Assembly (NCBI GenBank): GCA_963823435.1
Contig: CAWGLN010000002.1
Coordinates: forward strand, 309,633-373,632
DNA length: 64,000 nt
Direction: 5' to 3'
DNA from: an uncultured Gammaproteobacteria bacterium
GTDB taxonomy: Bacteria; Pseudomonadota; Gammaproteobacteria; Steroidobacterales; BM003
The notes beneath the pieces are model-generated. The model made no database searches. It was not told the DNA's origin and saw only the letters and a program-made list of their open reading frames with translations. Positions 20,435 to 31,800 of this stretch are shown piece by piece. How positions within the stretch are numbered: the first letter of the stretch is position 1; the number at the start of each line of letters is the position of its first letter. Both the position numbers and the translations under genes were made by a program.

Positions 20435-20872
20435 TCAACAGCTTACCAGCGATCGCCAGCGCAGATGACAGGCAAGTCGTCTGCGGCCGGTCTCGGGAGC
20501 AGACCCCGGGGTGACCAGGAGCACCTGTTTGCCGCCCCGTTCATCCCGCCAGACCAGGGCGCTAAGCGCAGGTCCAGCCGACCAGGCGTGCAACAGCCTG
20601 GCCGAACACCAGGCACCCCCGCCATTTTGCAAACGCCAGCGCCCGTTGCCTTGCCAAACCAACCTTTTCAGACCCCTCGCTTGCTTGCGCCAGGCAAAGC
20701 CGGTCCAGGCCAGCAGCAGGAGGAATAACACAACACGCAACCCTGTGCCCAGGCCGGACAGACCGATCGAGAGCAGCATGCCAGCCAGCAATACCGATAA
20801 AAACCAGGCGTGCCAACGCGCCGGGGACAGGTCAAGTAGCAGGCTGTTGCAGGAGTTGTCCGACGATTTCAC
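20435..20872 (-). CDS. YgfX-like membrane protein (start uncertain)
   Basis: Two TM helices, C-terminal RRRLACHLRW, directly downstream of sdhE. Confidence 0.6.
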   Translation of the reverse strand: MKSSDNSCNSLLLDLSPARWHAWFLSVLLAGMLLSIGLSGLGTGLRVVLFLLLLAWTGFAWRKQARGLKRLVWQGNGRWRLQNGGGAWCSARLLHAWSAGPALSALVWRDERGGKQVLLVTPGSAPETGRRRLACHLRWRSLVSC

Positions 20873-21092
20873 TAAATACCCCCACTGGAGGCGCCTCCTT
20901 GCCAGTCACCCAGGACAGGATAACCGGGTCCGGCAGTTCCAGGAACTGCTTGAACCCCGCCTGTTCCTCCGGGCCTGCATCCGGATAGCGCTGCTCCAGG
21001 TAACGCCCGAGGAGAAAATCCAGTTCTCGCATTCCGCGGCGGCAACGCCACTTCAAGCGTGCCAGATTCGTCCTGGCTGTTGCCTGTTCCAT
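20832..21092 (-). CDS. sdhE: Succinate dehydrogenase flavinylation factor
   Basis: LKWRCRRGMRELD, LELPDP. Confidence 0.92.
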   Translation of the reverse strand: MEQATARTNLARLKWRCRRGMRELDFLLGRYLEQRYPDAGPEEQAGFKQFLELPDPVILSWVTGKEAPPVGVFSEIVGQLLQQPAT

Positions 21093-21237
21093 CTGTTGCG
21101 TCACGTGCTCAATCCTGACGGATACGAGAGTGAGTGAAACCAGCCACAATCATGGCGCCGTCCTCACCCGTCGACCAGCACGGACGGGCCACACGGCAGC
21201 CCGGGGTGTTGGCGCGAGATACCTGCTCATGCACACA

Positions 21238-22027
21238 TCACAGGCTCACTTTTCTTTCCAGCAGCATCTTCTTCACCTCCGCAATGGCCCTGGCCGGATT
21301 CAAGCCCTTGGGGCAGGTACGGGTGCAGTTCATGATGGTATGACAGCGATACAAGCGGAAAGGGTCTTCCAGCGCATCCAGGCGTTCGCCGGCGGCGTCA
21401 TCGCGGCTGTCCACTATCCACCTGTAGGCCTGTAGCAAAGCCGCCGGACCCAGGTAGCGATCACTGTTCCACCAATAGCTGGGGCAACTGGTAGAACAAC
21501 AGGCGCACAAAATACACGCGGAAGGCTCATCAATCCTGGCCTGGTCTTCCTTGGTCTGGAGCCGTTCACGGTCTGGCGGTGGTGAGGTGCTGGATTGCAG
21601 CCAGGGCTTGATCGACGCGTACTGGGCGTAGAACTGGGTCAGGTCCGGCACCAGGTCCTTGACCACCGGCATGTGCGGCAGGGGATAAATCTTCACGTCC
21701 CGGCTGACATCCGACGAAGCCTTGGTACAGGCAAGGGTGTTGGTCCCGTCAATGTTCATGGCGCAGGAACCGCAAATACCTTCGCGACAGGAGCGTCTGA
21801 ACGTCAGGCTCGAATCGACTTCATTTTTGATCTTGATCAATGCGTCCAGAACCATGGGGCCACATTGATCCATGTCCAATTCGTAGGTATCCAGCACGAG
21901 GATTCTCGCCACTGTCCGGATCGTACCGGTAGACGACAAAACGCCTCACATTCTTGGCGCCTTCCGGCGCCTTGAATACCTTGCCCCGGGTAACGCGGGA
22001 ATTGGGAGGTAATCGGAATTCGGCCAT
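21238..22027 (-). CDS. sdhB: Succinate dehydrogenase Fe-S subunit (frameshift near 21895)
   Basis: [13 protein letters not shown]-terminus in one frame; [31 protein letters not shown] in another. Confidence 0.93.
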
Positions 22028-22049
22028 TATGCGGTTTCTCCGGCTCGCA

Positions 22050-23840
22050 TCAGTAAACGCGTTTCTTGGGCGGGACTACCTCAACCTCATCGGTCAGGGT
22101 ATTCATATGCACCGGTCGGTAATCGATCTGTACCTCACCGTCAGGCTTCACCCAGCAAAGAGTGTGTTTCATCCAGTTTGCATCATCGCGATCCGGATAA
22201 TCCTCCCGCGCGTGGGCGCCCCTGCTTTCCTTGCGGTTGGCTGCAGAGCACATGGTGCTCATGGCCTGTCCCAGCAGGTTATCCAGTTCCAGCGTCTCGA
22301 TCAGGTCAGTATTCCAGATCAGTGACCGGTCACTCACACCTACCCGCTCAAACGAGGCGAAAACCTCTTTCATCCTGGCCACACCCTCATCCAGCACCGG
22401 GCCGGTACGGAACACGGCGGCGTGATTCTGGGTGGTACGTTGCATGTCAAGGCGAATCTGGGCTGTGGACAAATCACCCTTGGCGTTACGCAGCTTGTCC
22501 AGGCGAGACAGCGCAAAATCCCCGGCATCATTCTGCAGGGGTTTGTGACGGGTATCGGTCTTGACCTCGGTGGCACAGCGCTTGGCCGCGGCCCGCCCGA
22601 ACACCACCAGGTCAAGCAAGGAGTTTGAACCCAGGCGGTTGGCGCCGTGCACCGAGACACAAGCCGCTTCGCCAATGGCCATCAATCCTTGCACCACCGA
22701 ATCGGGATCACCCTGTTTGAGGGTCACTACTTCGCCGTGATAATTGGTGGGAATGCCACCCATGTTGTAATGCGCCGTCGGGATCACCGGTATGGGCTCC
22801 CGGGTCACGTCAACGCCGGCAAAAATGCGCGAGGTTTCGGCTATTCCCGGCAAGCGTTCATGAATCACCTCGGCGCCAAGGTGCTCCAGGTGCAGATGAA
22901 TGTGATCCTTGTCCTTGCCGACGCCACGGCCCTCCCTGATTTCTATCGTCATGGAGCGACTGACGACATCACGAGAGGCCAGGTCCTTGGCGTTTGGCGC
23001 GTATCGTTCCATGAATCGTTCGCCATTCGAGTTGGTCAGGTAGCCACCCTCGCCCCGCACACCCTCGGTAATCAGGCAGCCGGCGCCGTAGATACCGGTA
23101 GGATGGAACTGCACGAACTCCATGTCTTGCAGCGGCAGCCCTGCCCGCAACACCATGCCGTTGCCGTCACCGGTGCAAGTGTGCGCAGAGGTGCAAGAGA
23201 AGAAGGCACGTCCGTAGCCACCGGTAGCCAGGATAGTACGGTGGGCGCGAAAACGGTGCAGGGTACCGTCCTCCATACAAATGGCGATCACACCCCGGCA
23301 TTCGCCATCTTCCATGATCAGGTCGATCGCGAAAAACTCGATAAAAAACGTGGCGTCATGCTTCAGACTCTGCTGGTACAAGGTATGCAGCATCGCATGA
23401 CCCGTGCGATCGGCGGCAGCGCAGGTACGCTGGGCTGCCGCTCCCTCACCGTAGCGGGTGGTCATACCGCCAAACGGGCGCTGATAAATCCGACCGTCCT
23501 CGGTACGCGAGAACGGTACGCCATAATGTTCCAGTTCGATTACAGCAGCAGGGGCTTCCTTGCACATGTACTCGATGGCGTCCTGGTCGCCCAGCCAATC
23601 CGAGCCCTTGACCGTGTCGTACATATGCCAGCGCCAATCATCCTCACCCATGTTCCCGAGGGCAGCGCTGATACCGCCCTGGGCAGCAACAGTGTGACTG
23701 CGGGTAGGAAACACCTTGGAAATACAGGCTGTGCTCAAGCCGCTCTCAGCCAGTCCAAAGGTCGCCCTCAGGCCTGCACCACCGGCGCCTACCACGACAA
23801 CGTCGTAAGTGTGATCGATAAACTCGTAGGCCTGCGACAT
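22050..23840 (-). CDS. sdhA: Succinate dehydrogenase flavoprotein subunit
   Basis: [39 protein letters not shown]. Confidence 0.98.
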   Translation of the reverse strand: MSQAYEFIDHTYDVVVVGAGGAGLRATFGLAESGLSTACISKVFPTRSHTVAAQGGISAALGNMGEDDWRWHMYDTVKGSDWLGDQDAIEYMCKEAPAAVIELEHYGVPFSRTEDGRIYQRPFGGMTTRYGEGAAAQRTCAAADRTGHAMLHTLYQQSLKHDATFFIEFFAIDLIMEDGECRGVIAICMEDGTLHRFRAHRTILATGGYGRAFFSCTSAHTCTGDGNGMVLRAGLPLQDMEFVQFHPTGIYGAGCLITEGVRGEGGYLTNSNGERFMERYAPNAKDLASRDVVSRSMTIEIREGRGVGKDKDHIHLHLEHLGAEVIHERLPGIAETSRIFAGVDVTREPIPVIPTAHYNMGGIPTNYHGEVVTLKQGDPDSVVQGLMAIGEAACVSVHGANRLGSNSLLDLVVFGRAAAKRCATEVKTDTRHKPLQNDAGDFALSRLDKLRNAKGDLSTAQIRLDMQRTTQNHAAVFRTGPVLDEGVARMKEVFASFERVGVSDRSLIWNTDLIETLELDNLLGQAMSTMCSAANRKESRGAHAREDYPDRDDANWMKHTLCWVKPDGEVQIDYRPVHMNTLTDEVEVVPPKKRVY

Positions 23841-23843
23841 CAG

Positions 23844-24226
23844 TTACGCTCCAAATCCCACTCTAAGAACAGAGTACACGCCCAGCGCAGCAGCCAGCAC
23901 GTGGGCAAATTTAATCAGCTATCAGGGCTGTGACCTTCAGGCCTGCCATGATGCACATAGTCCTCAATCACCACCTGCACGCCCAGCAAGGAATGAAACA
24001 TCAAGGTCGCCACCAGCAGGGCCAGCAATACCGTGTTGGTTGACGAGGACAGGAAGACAGTCATCGACTGATAACTGAAGTTCTCAAGGCAGATCAATGC
24101 CGCTGCGAACCAGAGGCCGAGGACCAGCAGGGCCAGCGCGGTGACCCGCTGGGACCACCAATGCCCGGTTCCGTCCCTGGCCGAACCCAAACCCATTACC
24201 CGCCCAAGTGGACTTTTCAGACTCAT
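23844..24226 (-). CDS. sdhD: Succinate dehydrogenase membrane anchor (frameshifts near 23930-23946)
   Basis: GLGSARDGTGHWWSQRVTA, HSLLGVQVVIEDYVH; last TM ends at TAA 23844 in another frame. Confidence 0.88.
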
Positions 24227-24236
24227 CCCGAATCCC

Positions 24237-24617
24237 CTAGAGAACCAGTAACCAGAACCCAGCCGTCAACACCATGCTGGCTGCAAAAGCCGTATAGCCG
24301 GAGGCGTAGAGCTGAGAAATTTCGAATCCCCGGCCGGTATCCCAGACCAGGTGCCGAATCCCGTTACACAGGTGATAGAAAAAAGCGAAAGACACGCCCA
24401 CCAGCAGCAGCCTGGCGAGGCCAGAACCCAACAAGGCCTGGGCGTCGGCGTAGGCCGCGGGCCCGGCAGCCAGGCTTGCCAGCCAGTAGACCAGGACAAG
24501 ACTCCCCACGGCCAGCGCTATCCCGGTGGCCCGATGGAGTATGGACATGACCATGGTGATCTGCCAGCGATAGACTTGCAGATGGGGAGGGACCGGGGGC
24601 GATTTCTTCGTGGTCAT
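24237..24617 (-). CDS. sdhC: Succinate dehydrogenase cytochrome b556 subunit
   Basis: PHLQVYRWQIT, SILHRATG, HLCNGIRHLVWD. Confidence 0.93.
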   Translation of the reverse strand: MTTKKSPPVPPHLQVYRWQITMVMSILHRATGIALAVGSLVLVYWLASLAAGPAAYADAQALLGSGLARLLLVGVSFAFFYHLCNGIRHLVWDTGRGFEISQLYASGYTAFAASMVLTAGFWLLVL

Positions 24618-24727
24618 TATTCCGCCTGACGTCCCTTTACTCGTCAGTATCAGAGTCACGAATCAGCACAGTCACTAGCGCCAGGGTCTCTAACACCTCT
24701 CACCAGGACTGCAGTGTTTTGGCTTGG

Positions 24728-24910
24728 TCAAAAGTCGATGCAACGGCCGTTCTTTTCCCAATCGCCGAAACGAGTCGGCTCCGGACCTGATCGGCCACCA
24801 ACTTCTTTCGCCGCCGCCGGCTCGCCCCTGGAACGAAGAGAACCTTGGTTCTGATCCGCACCAGGCCGCTCCGGCCGGTTCCCGGAATCTGTTTCATGCT
24901 TATCCGACAT
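24728..24910 (-). CDS. DUF1674 / SDHAF4(Sdh8)-like small protein
   Basis: C-terminal EVGGRSGPEPTRFGDWEKNGRCIDF signature. Confidence 0.88.
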   Translation of the reverse strand: MSDKHETDSGNRPERPGADQNQGSLRSRGEPAAAKEVGGRSGPEPTRFGDWEKNGRCIDF

Positions 24911-25001
24911 GCGGGGCATTTTGCCAGATCGCCACTGCCTTTGCACTCGTAAAACCGATACACTCGCGGCATAAATCCTCAATCGGAGCGGAACTTTTCC
25001 C

Positions 25002-25904
25002 ATGGTATGGATGATGCGACCAGATTACGGCCTTATTCGCGCCAGCGGCGAAGATGCCCGTGATTTTCTCCAGGGCCAACTCAGCAACGACGTACAGTTG
25101 TTGACGTCGAACCACACCGTGAGCGCGGCATATTGCACGCCACAGGGTCGCGTGCTGGCGTTGGTCACGCTGCTTCCCCAAACTGACGGCATCTTGATGT
25201 TATTGCCGGCGGATCTGGTTCAAGCAGTACTGAAGCGCCTGCAGATGTATGTAATGCGTGCCCGTGTCAACCTGCAGCAGGTGGATAGCGAACACCTGCT
25301 GATCTGTGGTGACGAGCTACCCGGTGGTGTACGACAGCGCGATGAGCTCGTGCAGGGCCCGGACGGCCTGGGCTGGGTAGCCAGTACCGAACCCGCCCTG
25401 TTCTGGCGCTTGCTGACTGCACCCAAGCACGCGCCCCCGACTACACCCTACGACGCAAATCAGGCTCGCTTGTGGCACATCCTGGCGGGGCTGCCCGCAA
25501 TCAACGAGGGCAGCAGCGGCCAGTACATACCACAGATGCTCAACCTGGATGCGTTAGGGGCGGTGAGCTTTCGCAAGGGATGTTACACCGGCCAGGAAAT
25601 CGTGGCCCGAACCCATCACCTGGGCCGGATCAAGCGACGTCTGTTCAGAATTTCCGGAAACGGACCACCACCTGACCCCGGAGTGAACGTCGAGGGTAGC
25701 GGGCAGAATGTCGGACAGGTCCTGATCAGCGCTGCCGTCGACCAGGGTTTTGCCGCCCTTGCGGTCATGCAACTGGACATGGTGCAGGGCGACGTCGCCC
25801 TGGGGATTGGCGGGGCCGGCATCGAAATCCAGCCCCTGCCCTATGCACTAGGCGTTTCTAACTCTCGGATCGCATCAGAGGGAACAGCAATACGTCCCGA
25901 ATAG
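25002..25904 (+). CDS. ygfZ: Folate-binding Fe-S repair protein YgfZ
   Basis: [36 protein letters not shown]. Confidence 0.93.
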   Translation: MVWMMRPDYGLIRASGEDARDFLQGQLSNDVQLLTSNHTVSAAYCTPQGRVLALVTLLPQTDGILMLLPADLVQAVLKRLQMYVMRARVNLQQVDSEHLLICGDELPGGVRQRDELVQGPDGLGWVASTEPALFWRLLTAPKHAPPTTPYDANQARLWHILAGLPAINEGSSGQYIPQMLNLDALGAVSFRKGCYTGQEIVARTHHLGRIKRRLFRISGNGPPPDPGVNVEGSGQNVGQVLISAAVDQGFAALAVMQLDMVQGDVALGIGGAGIEIQPLPYALGVSNSRIASEGTAIRPE

Positions 25905-27345
25905 AGGCCGAGTCGGTATACAACATCACCAGGCGATCTATGCCTATTCCAAGACCACCCGTGGGCGGCAACCCGACTTCCAGCGCGCGTATGTAATCAT
26001 CGTCAAAGAACATAGCCTCATCATCCCCTGCATCCTTGGCCGCCACTTGCTCGCGGAAACGTTCCGCCTGCTCCTCGGGATCGTTCAGCTCGGAGAACCC
26101 GTTGGCCATTTCGCGACCCGTAATAAACAGCTCGAAACGGTCGGTAATGAAATTGTCTTCATCATTGCAACGGGATAACGGCGAAACCTCGGTGGGATAA
26201 GCGGTAATAAAAGTAGGCTGCAACAATTTGCTTTCCACGGTTTCATCAAAAATACCGATCAATAACTTGCCCGCGCCATCGCCATCCTTGACCTCGATTT
26301 TCATACCTCGGCAGACCTGGCGCAGGTAATCCACGTCGCGCAAGCGGCCGCCATCAAGTTGTGGGTTGTACTTGAGCACGGACTCTTCCACCGTGATTTT
26401 CTGGAACGGTTTTGACAGATCAACATCGATACCCTGGTAGCTAATCAGTTCGCGTCCCAGCACCGACCTGGCGGTGTCGCGAATCAGGTTTTCGGTAAGA
26501 TCCATGATGTCTTCGTAATCGGCGAAAGCCTGGTACAACTCGAGCATGGTGAATTCGGGATTGTGCCGGGTTGAAATTCCCTCGTTGCGAAAACTGCGAT
26601 TGATTTCGTAAACCCGACCCAGACCGCCGACGATCAGCCGTTTCAGATACAGCTCTGGCGCGATACGCAAATAAAGACGCATATCGAGGGTGTTGTGGTG
26701 AGTGACAAAGGGACGCGCCACGGCGCCACCCGGAATTGGATGCAGCATCGGTGTTTCGACTTCCATGAAGGACAGGGCGTCCAGGTAGCCGCGTATGCTG
26801 GCCAGGGTCTGGCTGCGAATCCGGAAAGTCTCGCGCGTGGAGTCATTGATAATCAGGTCCACGTAGCGTTGGCGGTAACGGGTTTCCTGATCACTCAAAC
26901 CATGAAACTTTTCCGGCAGGGGCCGCAAGGACTTGGTCAACGGGCGAAGTTCGTCAACCCACACAGACAGCTCACCGGTCTTGGTCCTGAACAACCTGCC
27001 GCGGGCGCCCAGGATGTCACCCCGGTCCCAACTCTTGAAATCATCGTACAGTTCCTCGCCCAACACGTTCTTCTGTACAAACAACTGCAGTTGACCGGAG
27101 CGGTCCTGGATTTTCGCAAAACTCGCCTTACCCATCACGCGCTTGGCCAGCATGCGACCGGCGACCTTTACCACCAGGCCCAGTTCCTCCAGGGCCTCGG
27201 CAGTAAACTCGCCGTAAGCCTGGTGCAAATCTCCGGCAAGTGACTCCTGGCGAAAATCATTGGGGTAGGCGTTACCCTTTGCGCGCATCTCGTTGAGCTT
27301 GCGCCGGCGCTCCGCAATCAGGGTGTGTTCTTCTTCGTGACTCAT
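25858..27345 (-). CDS. lysS: Lysine--tRNA ligase
   Basis: [43 protein letters not shown]. Confidence 0.98.
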   Translation of the reverse strand: MSHEEEHTLIAERRRKLNEMRAKGNAYPNDFRQESLAGDLHQAYGEFTAEALEELGLVVKVAGRMLAKRVMGKASFAKIQDRSGQLQLFVQKNVLGEELYDDFKSWDRGDILGARGRLFRTKTGELSVWVDELRPLTKSLRPLPEKFHGLSDQETRYRQRYVDLIINDSTRETFRIRSQTLASIRGYLDALSFMEVETPMLHPIPGGAVARPFVTHHNTLDMRLYLRIAPELYLKRLIVGGLGRVYEINRSFRNEGISTRHNPEFTMLELYQAFADYEDIMDLTENLIRDTARSVLGRELISYQGIDVDLSKPFQKITVEESVLKYNPQLDGGRLRDVDYLRQVCRGMKIEVKDGDGAGKLLIGIFDETVESKLLQPTFITAYPTEVSPLSRCNDEDNFITDRFELFITGREMANGFSELNDPEEQAERFREQVAAKDAGDDEAMFFDDDYIRALEVGLPPTGGLGIGIDRLVMLYTDSASIRDVLLFPLMRSES

Positions 27346-27372
27346 CTTCGAATCCTGTGTTGACAAGGTCGG

Positions 27373-28468
27373 CTACAAACCCTGCTTGAGACTGGCCTCA
27401 AGAAATTGATCCAGGTTTCCGTCCAATACCGCCTGGGTATTGCCGGTTTCCACGTTAGTGCGTAAATCCTTTATACGCGACTGGTCCAGCACATAGGAGC
27501 GTATCTGACTGCCCCAACCAATGTCTGACTTGGTGTCTTCCAGCGCATCGGACTCCGCCTTGCGCTTTTGCAGTTCCAGTTCATACAGCTTGGCCTTCAA
27601 TTGTTTCATGGCCGTCGCCTTGTTCTTGTGCTGGGAGCGATCATTCTGGCATTGCACGACAATACCCGTCGGATTGTGGGTAATTCGCACCGCAGACTCC
27701 GTGCGGTTCACATGCTGACCACCCGCGCCGCTGGCCCGGTACACGTCGATACGCAGGTCGGCGGGGTTGATCTCAATATCAATATCGTCATCCACTTCGG
27801 GCGCCACGAACACCGCCGCGAACGAGGTATGCCTGCGATTACCGGAATCGAAAGGTGACTTTCGTACCAATCGATGCACACCGGTCTCGGTGCGCAACCA
27901 GCCGTAGGCATACTCCCCGCCAAAACGCACTGTGGCGCTCTTGATTCCGGCGACCTCTCCGGCTGATGCTTCGATAATCTCGGTAGCGAAACCCCGCGCC
28001 TCACCCCATCTCAGGTACATACGCAGCAGCATCTCGGCCCAATCCTGGGCTTCCGTGCCGCCCGATCCGGACTGGATATCCAAAAAGGCATTGCAGGGAT
28101 CCATCTCGCCGCTGAACATTCGGTGAAATTCCATCTGGCTGACCTCGGCTTCCAGTGACGCCAGGTCCCGGGTCAACTCTTTGACCGTGCCCTCGTCCTG
28201 CTCCTCTATGGCCATCTCCAGTAAATCCCCGGCGTCCTGCAAAGCCTGCTGCAGCCGGTCCAGGTTGCTGACCAGTGACTCCAGCCTGACCCGTTCGCGT
28301 CCCAGGGACTGGGCCCGCTCCTGGTCATTCCAGATCTTGGGATCTTCCAGTTCCCGGCTTACTTCCTGAAGGCGCTCACTGCTTCCAGCGTAGTCAAAGA
28401 TACCCCCTAAGGGCTTCGGTACGCCCCTGAAGATCCTTGATATGACCCTTGAGCGGGCTTGTCTCCAT
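27373..28468 (-). CDS. prfB: Peptide chain release factor 2 (programmed +1 frameshift)
   Basis: METSPLK...LRGYL*, then +1 frame with SPF and GGQ motifs. Confidence 0.96.
28393..28408 (-). promoter_or_regulatory. prfB programmed frameshift site
   Basis: AGGGGG TAT CTT TGA C: internal SD plus slippery CTT-TGA, the canonical RF2 signal. Confidence 0.95.
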
Positions 28469-28555
28469 AAAACTGCTCACGCATCGGTAAAATCGGGAGG
28501 CAATGGTAGTTGAAAAACCCCTTGCGAGGAACCGCTAACATGCCGGCGAGATGCC

Positions 28556-30247
28556 CTAACCCGGTTGAATATGCTCCACCATCAACTGCAAGGTGCGACT
28601 GCCTTGCCATTCATTCACTTCCAACCGGTAGACCAGGTTCATGTTTTGGCCAAGCTGGTCCCTGGATTCACCCTGGCCAAAGGCGATTGCGTCCCAGACC
28701 TGGCCGCCCTGGCTATGACGCACCCGCATCTTGAGGTGCTTGTCACCGACGATACGACTCTCAAGCACGTGAAAAATCCCGTCAAAACGCGGCTCCGGGA
28801 ACTGCTGCCCCCAGGGCGCGGCCTCCCGGATCAATTCAGCATTCTCCAGCCTGAATTCCTCGGGTGCCAGCGGGCCATCAGTCCACAACACGCCTTCGAG
28901 GTCCATACCGTCTTGCCAGCGACCGACTTCAAGCTGCATGGCCTGGCGAAAAGCGTCCAGGTCATCCTCGGCCAGGCTCAGGCCGGCAGCCATCGCATGC
29001 CCGCCAAATTTGTTCAGAAGACCAGGGTGCAAGGTGGCCACGTTGTCCATGGCGTCGCGTATATGCAAGCCGTTGACCGAACGGGCCGAGCCTTTTAACT
29101 CGCCTTCACCGGTGCGGGCGAATGCAAATACCGGACGGTGCACCCGGTCCTTGATCCTCGAGGCGACCAACCCGACAACACCCTGGTGCCAACCGGGGTC
29201 AAACAGGCATAGCACCAGGGGCACACCCTCCCCGCCATCCAGCTGCAAAGACTTCACCGCCTCAAGCGCCTGCTCCTGCATACGGCCTTCAATATCCCGA
29301 CGTTCACGATTCAACTGGTCCAGCTCTGTCGCCAATTGCCGGGCCTGTTTCGGGTCCTGGGTAAGCAGGCAACGTATTCCCAACGACATGTCGTCCAGCC
29401 GGCCGGCAGCGTTTAATCTGGGCGCCACCGCAAATGCGAGGTCGCTGGCGGTGACCCGGCGCACATCCCGACCCGACAGCTCCAGCAGCGCGAGGATACC
29501 CGGCGCGCACTTGCCGGCCCGTATGCGCTTTAAACCCTCCTGGGCCAGGATCCTGTTGTTCTTGTCCATGGGCACCACGTCGGCGATCGTTCCAAGGGCA
29601 ACCAGATCCAGCAAATCGGCGGGCGAGAAGCCGCAGGCCAGCTCACGTGCCAGGGCGGCCATGACGTAGAAAGCGACCCCCACCCCGGCAAGATTCTTGC
29701 TGGGAAACGTACTGTCCGCCAGGTTGGGATTGACAATCACCTGTGCGACCGGCAGTTCGGCCGGCGGCAGGTGGTGGTCTGTGATCAGCAAGTCCAGACC
29801 CGCCTGCGCCGCCTGGCGAGCCCCCTCGATGCTGGAAATGCCGTTATCCACCGTGACCAGCAGGGTGGGCTCGCGTTGCAAGGCCAGCTGGACAATTTCC
29901 GGCGTCAGGCCATAGCCAAATTCAAAGCGGTTGGGTACCAGGAAATCCACCGAGTGAAATCCCATTGCCTGCAAGGCGCGCATCATCAGGGCCGTGCTGG
30001 TGGCGCCGTCTGCGTCGAAGTCACCCACGATCAGCACCCGGCCCGCGTCCCGATGGCGCAGCAGCAACTGTGCGGCTTCCGTCACGCCTGCCAGCAATCC
30101 GACAGGAATCATCTCGGCCAGACAGGTACCCAGGCTTTGCTTGTCCGCAACCCCCCGGTTGGCCAGGACCCGGCTGAGCAGGTCAGGCCAATCTGTCTGC
30201 GCCACGATGGTACAGCTGGGTTCGCGCCGCCGGATCGACCTGCTCAC
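28556..30247 (-). CDS. recJ: ssDNA exonuclease RecJ
   Basis: VGDFDADGATS, TVDNGI, TDHH, PRLNAAGRL, GGHAMAAG. Confidence 0.96.
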   Translation of the reverse strand: MSRSIRRREPSCTIVAQTDWPDLLSRVLANRGVADKQSLGTCLAEMIPVGLLAGVTEAAQLLLRHRDAGRVLIVGDFDADGATSTALMMRALQAMGFHSVDFLVPNRFEFGYGLTPEIVQLALQREPTLLVTVDNGISSIEGARQAAQAGLDLLITDHHLPPAELPVAQVIVNPNLADSTFPSKNLAGVGVAFYVMAALARELACGFSPADLLDLVALGTIADVVPMDKNNRILAQEGLKRIRAGKCAPGILALLELSGRDVRRVTASDLAFAVAPRLNAAGRLDDMSLGIRCLLTQDPKQARQLATELDQLNRERRDIEGRMQEQALEAVKSLQLDGGEGVPLVLCLFDPGWHQGVVGLVASRIKDRVHRPVFAFARTGEGELKGSARSVNGLHIRDAMDNVATLHPGLLNKFGGHAMAAGLSLAEDDLDAFRQAMQLEVGRWQDGMDLEGVLWTDGPLAPEEFRLENAELIREAAPWGQQFPEPRFDGIFHVLESRIVGDKHLKMRVRHSQGGQVWDAIAFGQGESRDQLGQNMNLVYRLEVNEWQGSRTLQLMVEHIQPG

Positions 30248-31209
30248 GTCGCGGTCCCCGGCACCGTCCTGCGCCACCAGTACCACCAATTCATCAAGCC
30301 CATCCGGTAACCGTAACCGTCCAGGTCACTCAAGGTAAAGACCAGCGGCGGCAATCTCCGCGCGGCGAGCGGCGCCAGCCATCGGTTCTCCAGCGTATCC
30401 AGTCGATGCTCCATCGATCCAGCCAACTCCAGCGAAATCAGGGTGGATTCCCGCCAGCCCAGGCGGACATCCGCCAGGCTGGCAGCATCGAGCACGGGCT
30501 TGCCCAGGGTCCTGGCAATACCCCCCAGCAGGGGGTCACCGTCGCTCCAGAACGTTGGACAGGCAGCACCGTCCAGGGAAGTCGTTGTCCCGCCACCCCA
30601 GGGCCACAGACAGTTTGCCTGGGACCGACCATCCGCCCGCCGCTTCTGGTTGACCGGGTTGTTGTGCAGCAGGATCTGGATTTCATTCAACAGTGCCGCC
30701 CACTCTCTGCCGGATTGATTTCCCGCGAGACGCTGCGTCAGGCTCTCTCCCTCCGCCAGCAACGGGGAACCAAGACCCGGTCGCAAGGGTTCTTTGGTAA
30801 GGACATACCATCGCCTGGGTACAGGCGCCTCCAGACGCCAGCTGAATTCTGTCATCAGCGGCGCCAGTTCCTGGATCAGGGCGTCCGCTTCCTCGCGTTG
30901 CAAGTCCTGGATGCAAGCTGAGGCGAGGAACAGCCCCCTTGGCCCCACCCCAAGCTCCACAGGGTCCAGGCGGGCGCAACCGTTCTCCGGGTTGCGGCCG
31001 GTATCGTGAAAATAGCTATACCGGGCGAGCCCGCCGAGGTCACCCTGCAAGCCCAGGGCCCGGGCAAATCCGGCCCCTGCCAGTCCCTGGCCATCGCAAC
31101 TGTCACCGCGGGTCAGCACTGAATATACTGTCGGCCAGCGCGAGGGGTCGCGTATTGCATGTTCGGCCATGGGTGCCAGGCCGGGCACTACCATTGTCAA
31201 TTCAGCCAT
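30244..31209 (-). CDS. Phosphoglycerate-mutase-like hypothetical protein
   Basis: RLDPV, LLNEIQILLHNNPVN..R, NCLWPWGGG; usual position upstream of recJ. Confidence 0.7.
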   Translation of the reverse strand: MAELTMVVPGLAPMAEHAIRDPSRWPTVYSVLTRGDSCDGQGLAGAGFARALGLQGDLGGLARYSYFHDTGRNPENGCARLDPVELGVGPRGLFLASACIQDLQREEADALIQELAPLMTEFSWRLEAPVPRRWYVLTKEPLRPGLGSPLLAEGESLTQRLAGNQSGREWAALLNEIQILLHNNPVNQKRRADGRSQANCLWPWGGGTTTSLDGAACPTFWSDGDPLLGGIARTLGKPVLDAASLADVRLGWRESTLISLELAGSMEHRLDTLENRWLAPLAARRLPPLVFTLSDLDGYGYRMGLMNWWYWWRRTVPGTAT

Positions 31210-31271
31210 ACGGGCACTCCGAACAAGCAACAGAATTGTTCCTTCGTCCCCTACTGGATATGCTCTGCGTC

Positions 31272-31640
31272 ATGCAATTTACCCGTGAGTCAAGACAGGA
31301 TATTAACCTGATCCAATCCTATGAACCCGGTGTGGTGAGGATTGGTGCCAAGACCTATACAGGGAGCGTGATCCTGTCACCGACGCAAATTATGCCCGAT
31401 TGGGCTGCAGCATCCAGTGAAATCCTGACACTGGAGCTACTGGAAGCAGCCCTGGCCATGGACCCGGTCATCTTGTTGCTGGGCACGGGAAGCAGTCAGA
31501 TTTTTCCTGCAGCCGAATTGACGGGACGGGTGTTGCAGCGAGGCATCGGTCTTGAGGTCATGCATACGGCGGCAGCCTGCCGTACCTACAACATACTGGC
31601 CGGTGAAAACCGGAAGGTGGTTGCGGCGCTGATACTCTAG
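31272..31640 (+). CDS. Mth938-like domain protein
   Basis: LLLGTG, GIGLEVMHTAAACRTYNILAGENRKVVAAL. Confidence 0.9.
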   Translation: MQFTRESRQDINLIQSYEPGVVRIGAKTYTGSVILSPTQIMPDWAAASSEILTLELLEAALAMDPVILLLGTGSSQIFPAAELTGRVLQRGIGLEVMHTAAACRTYNILAGENRKVVAALIL

Positions 31641-31797
31641 GGAGCCTCTGATTTGGTCTGGACGAAGTAGATTGCTGGCGCAGACATTCAGATTCAAGGC
31701 GCCGATTGCACGTAGTAGCGGGGCTCGCGAAGATTGGAAACAGGGAAGCCGGGGTTTTAGCTGCAAGATACAAGTCCATGAATAGATCGGAGGCTCC
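31641..31797 (+). repeat. ~160-bp palindromic repeat between convergent Mth938-like gene and rpoS
   Basis: CTAG|GGAGCCTCTGATTT...ATAGATCGGAGGCTCC|CTGCTAG. Confidence 0.95.
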
Positions 31798-31800
31798 CTG

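Noticed and set aside
24990..25020. GGAACTT upstream of ygfZ as a sigma-E -35 element
   Set aside because: No matching -10 element at 16-17 nt spacing.
28393..28408. In-frame stop in prfB
   Set aside because: Canonical programmed +1 frameshift; real but well known, and neither an error nor novel.
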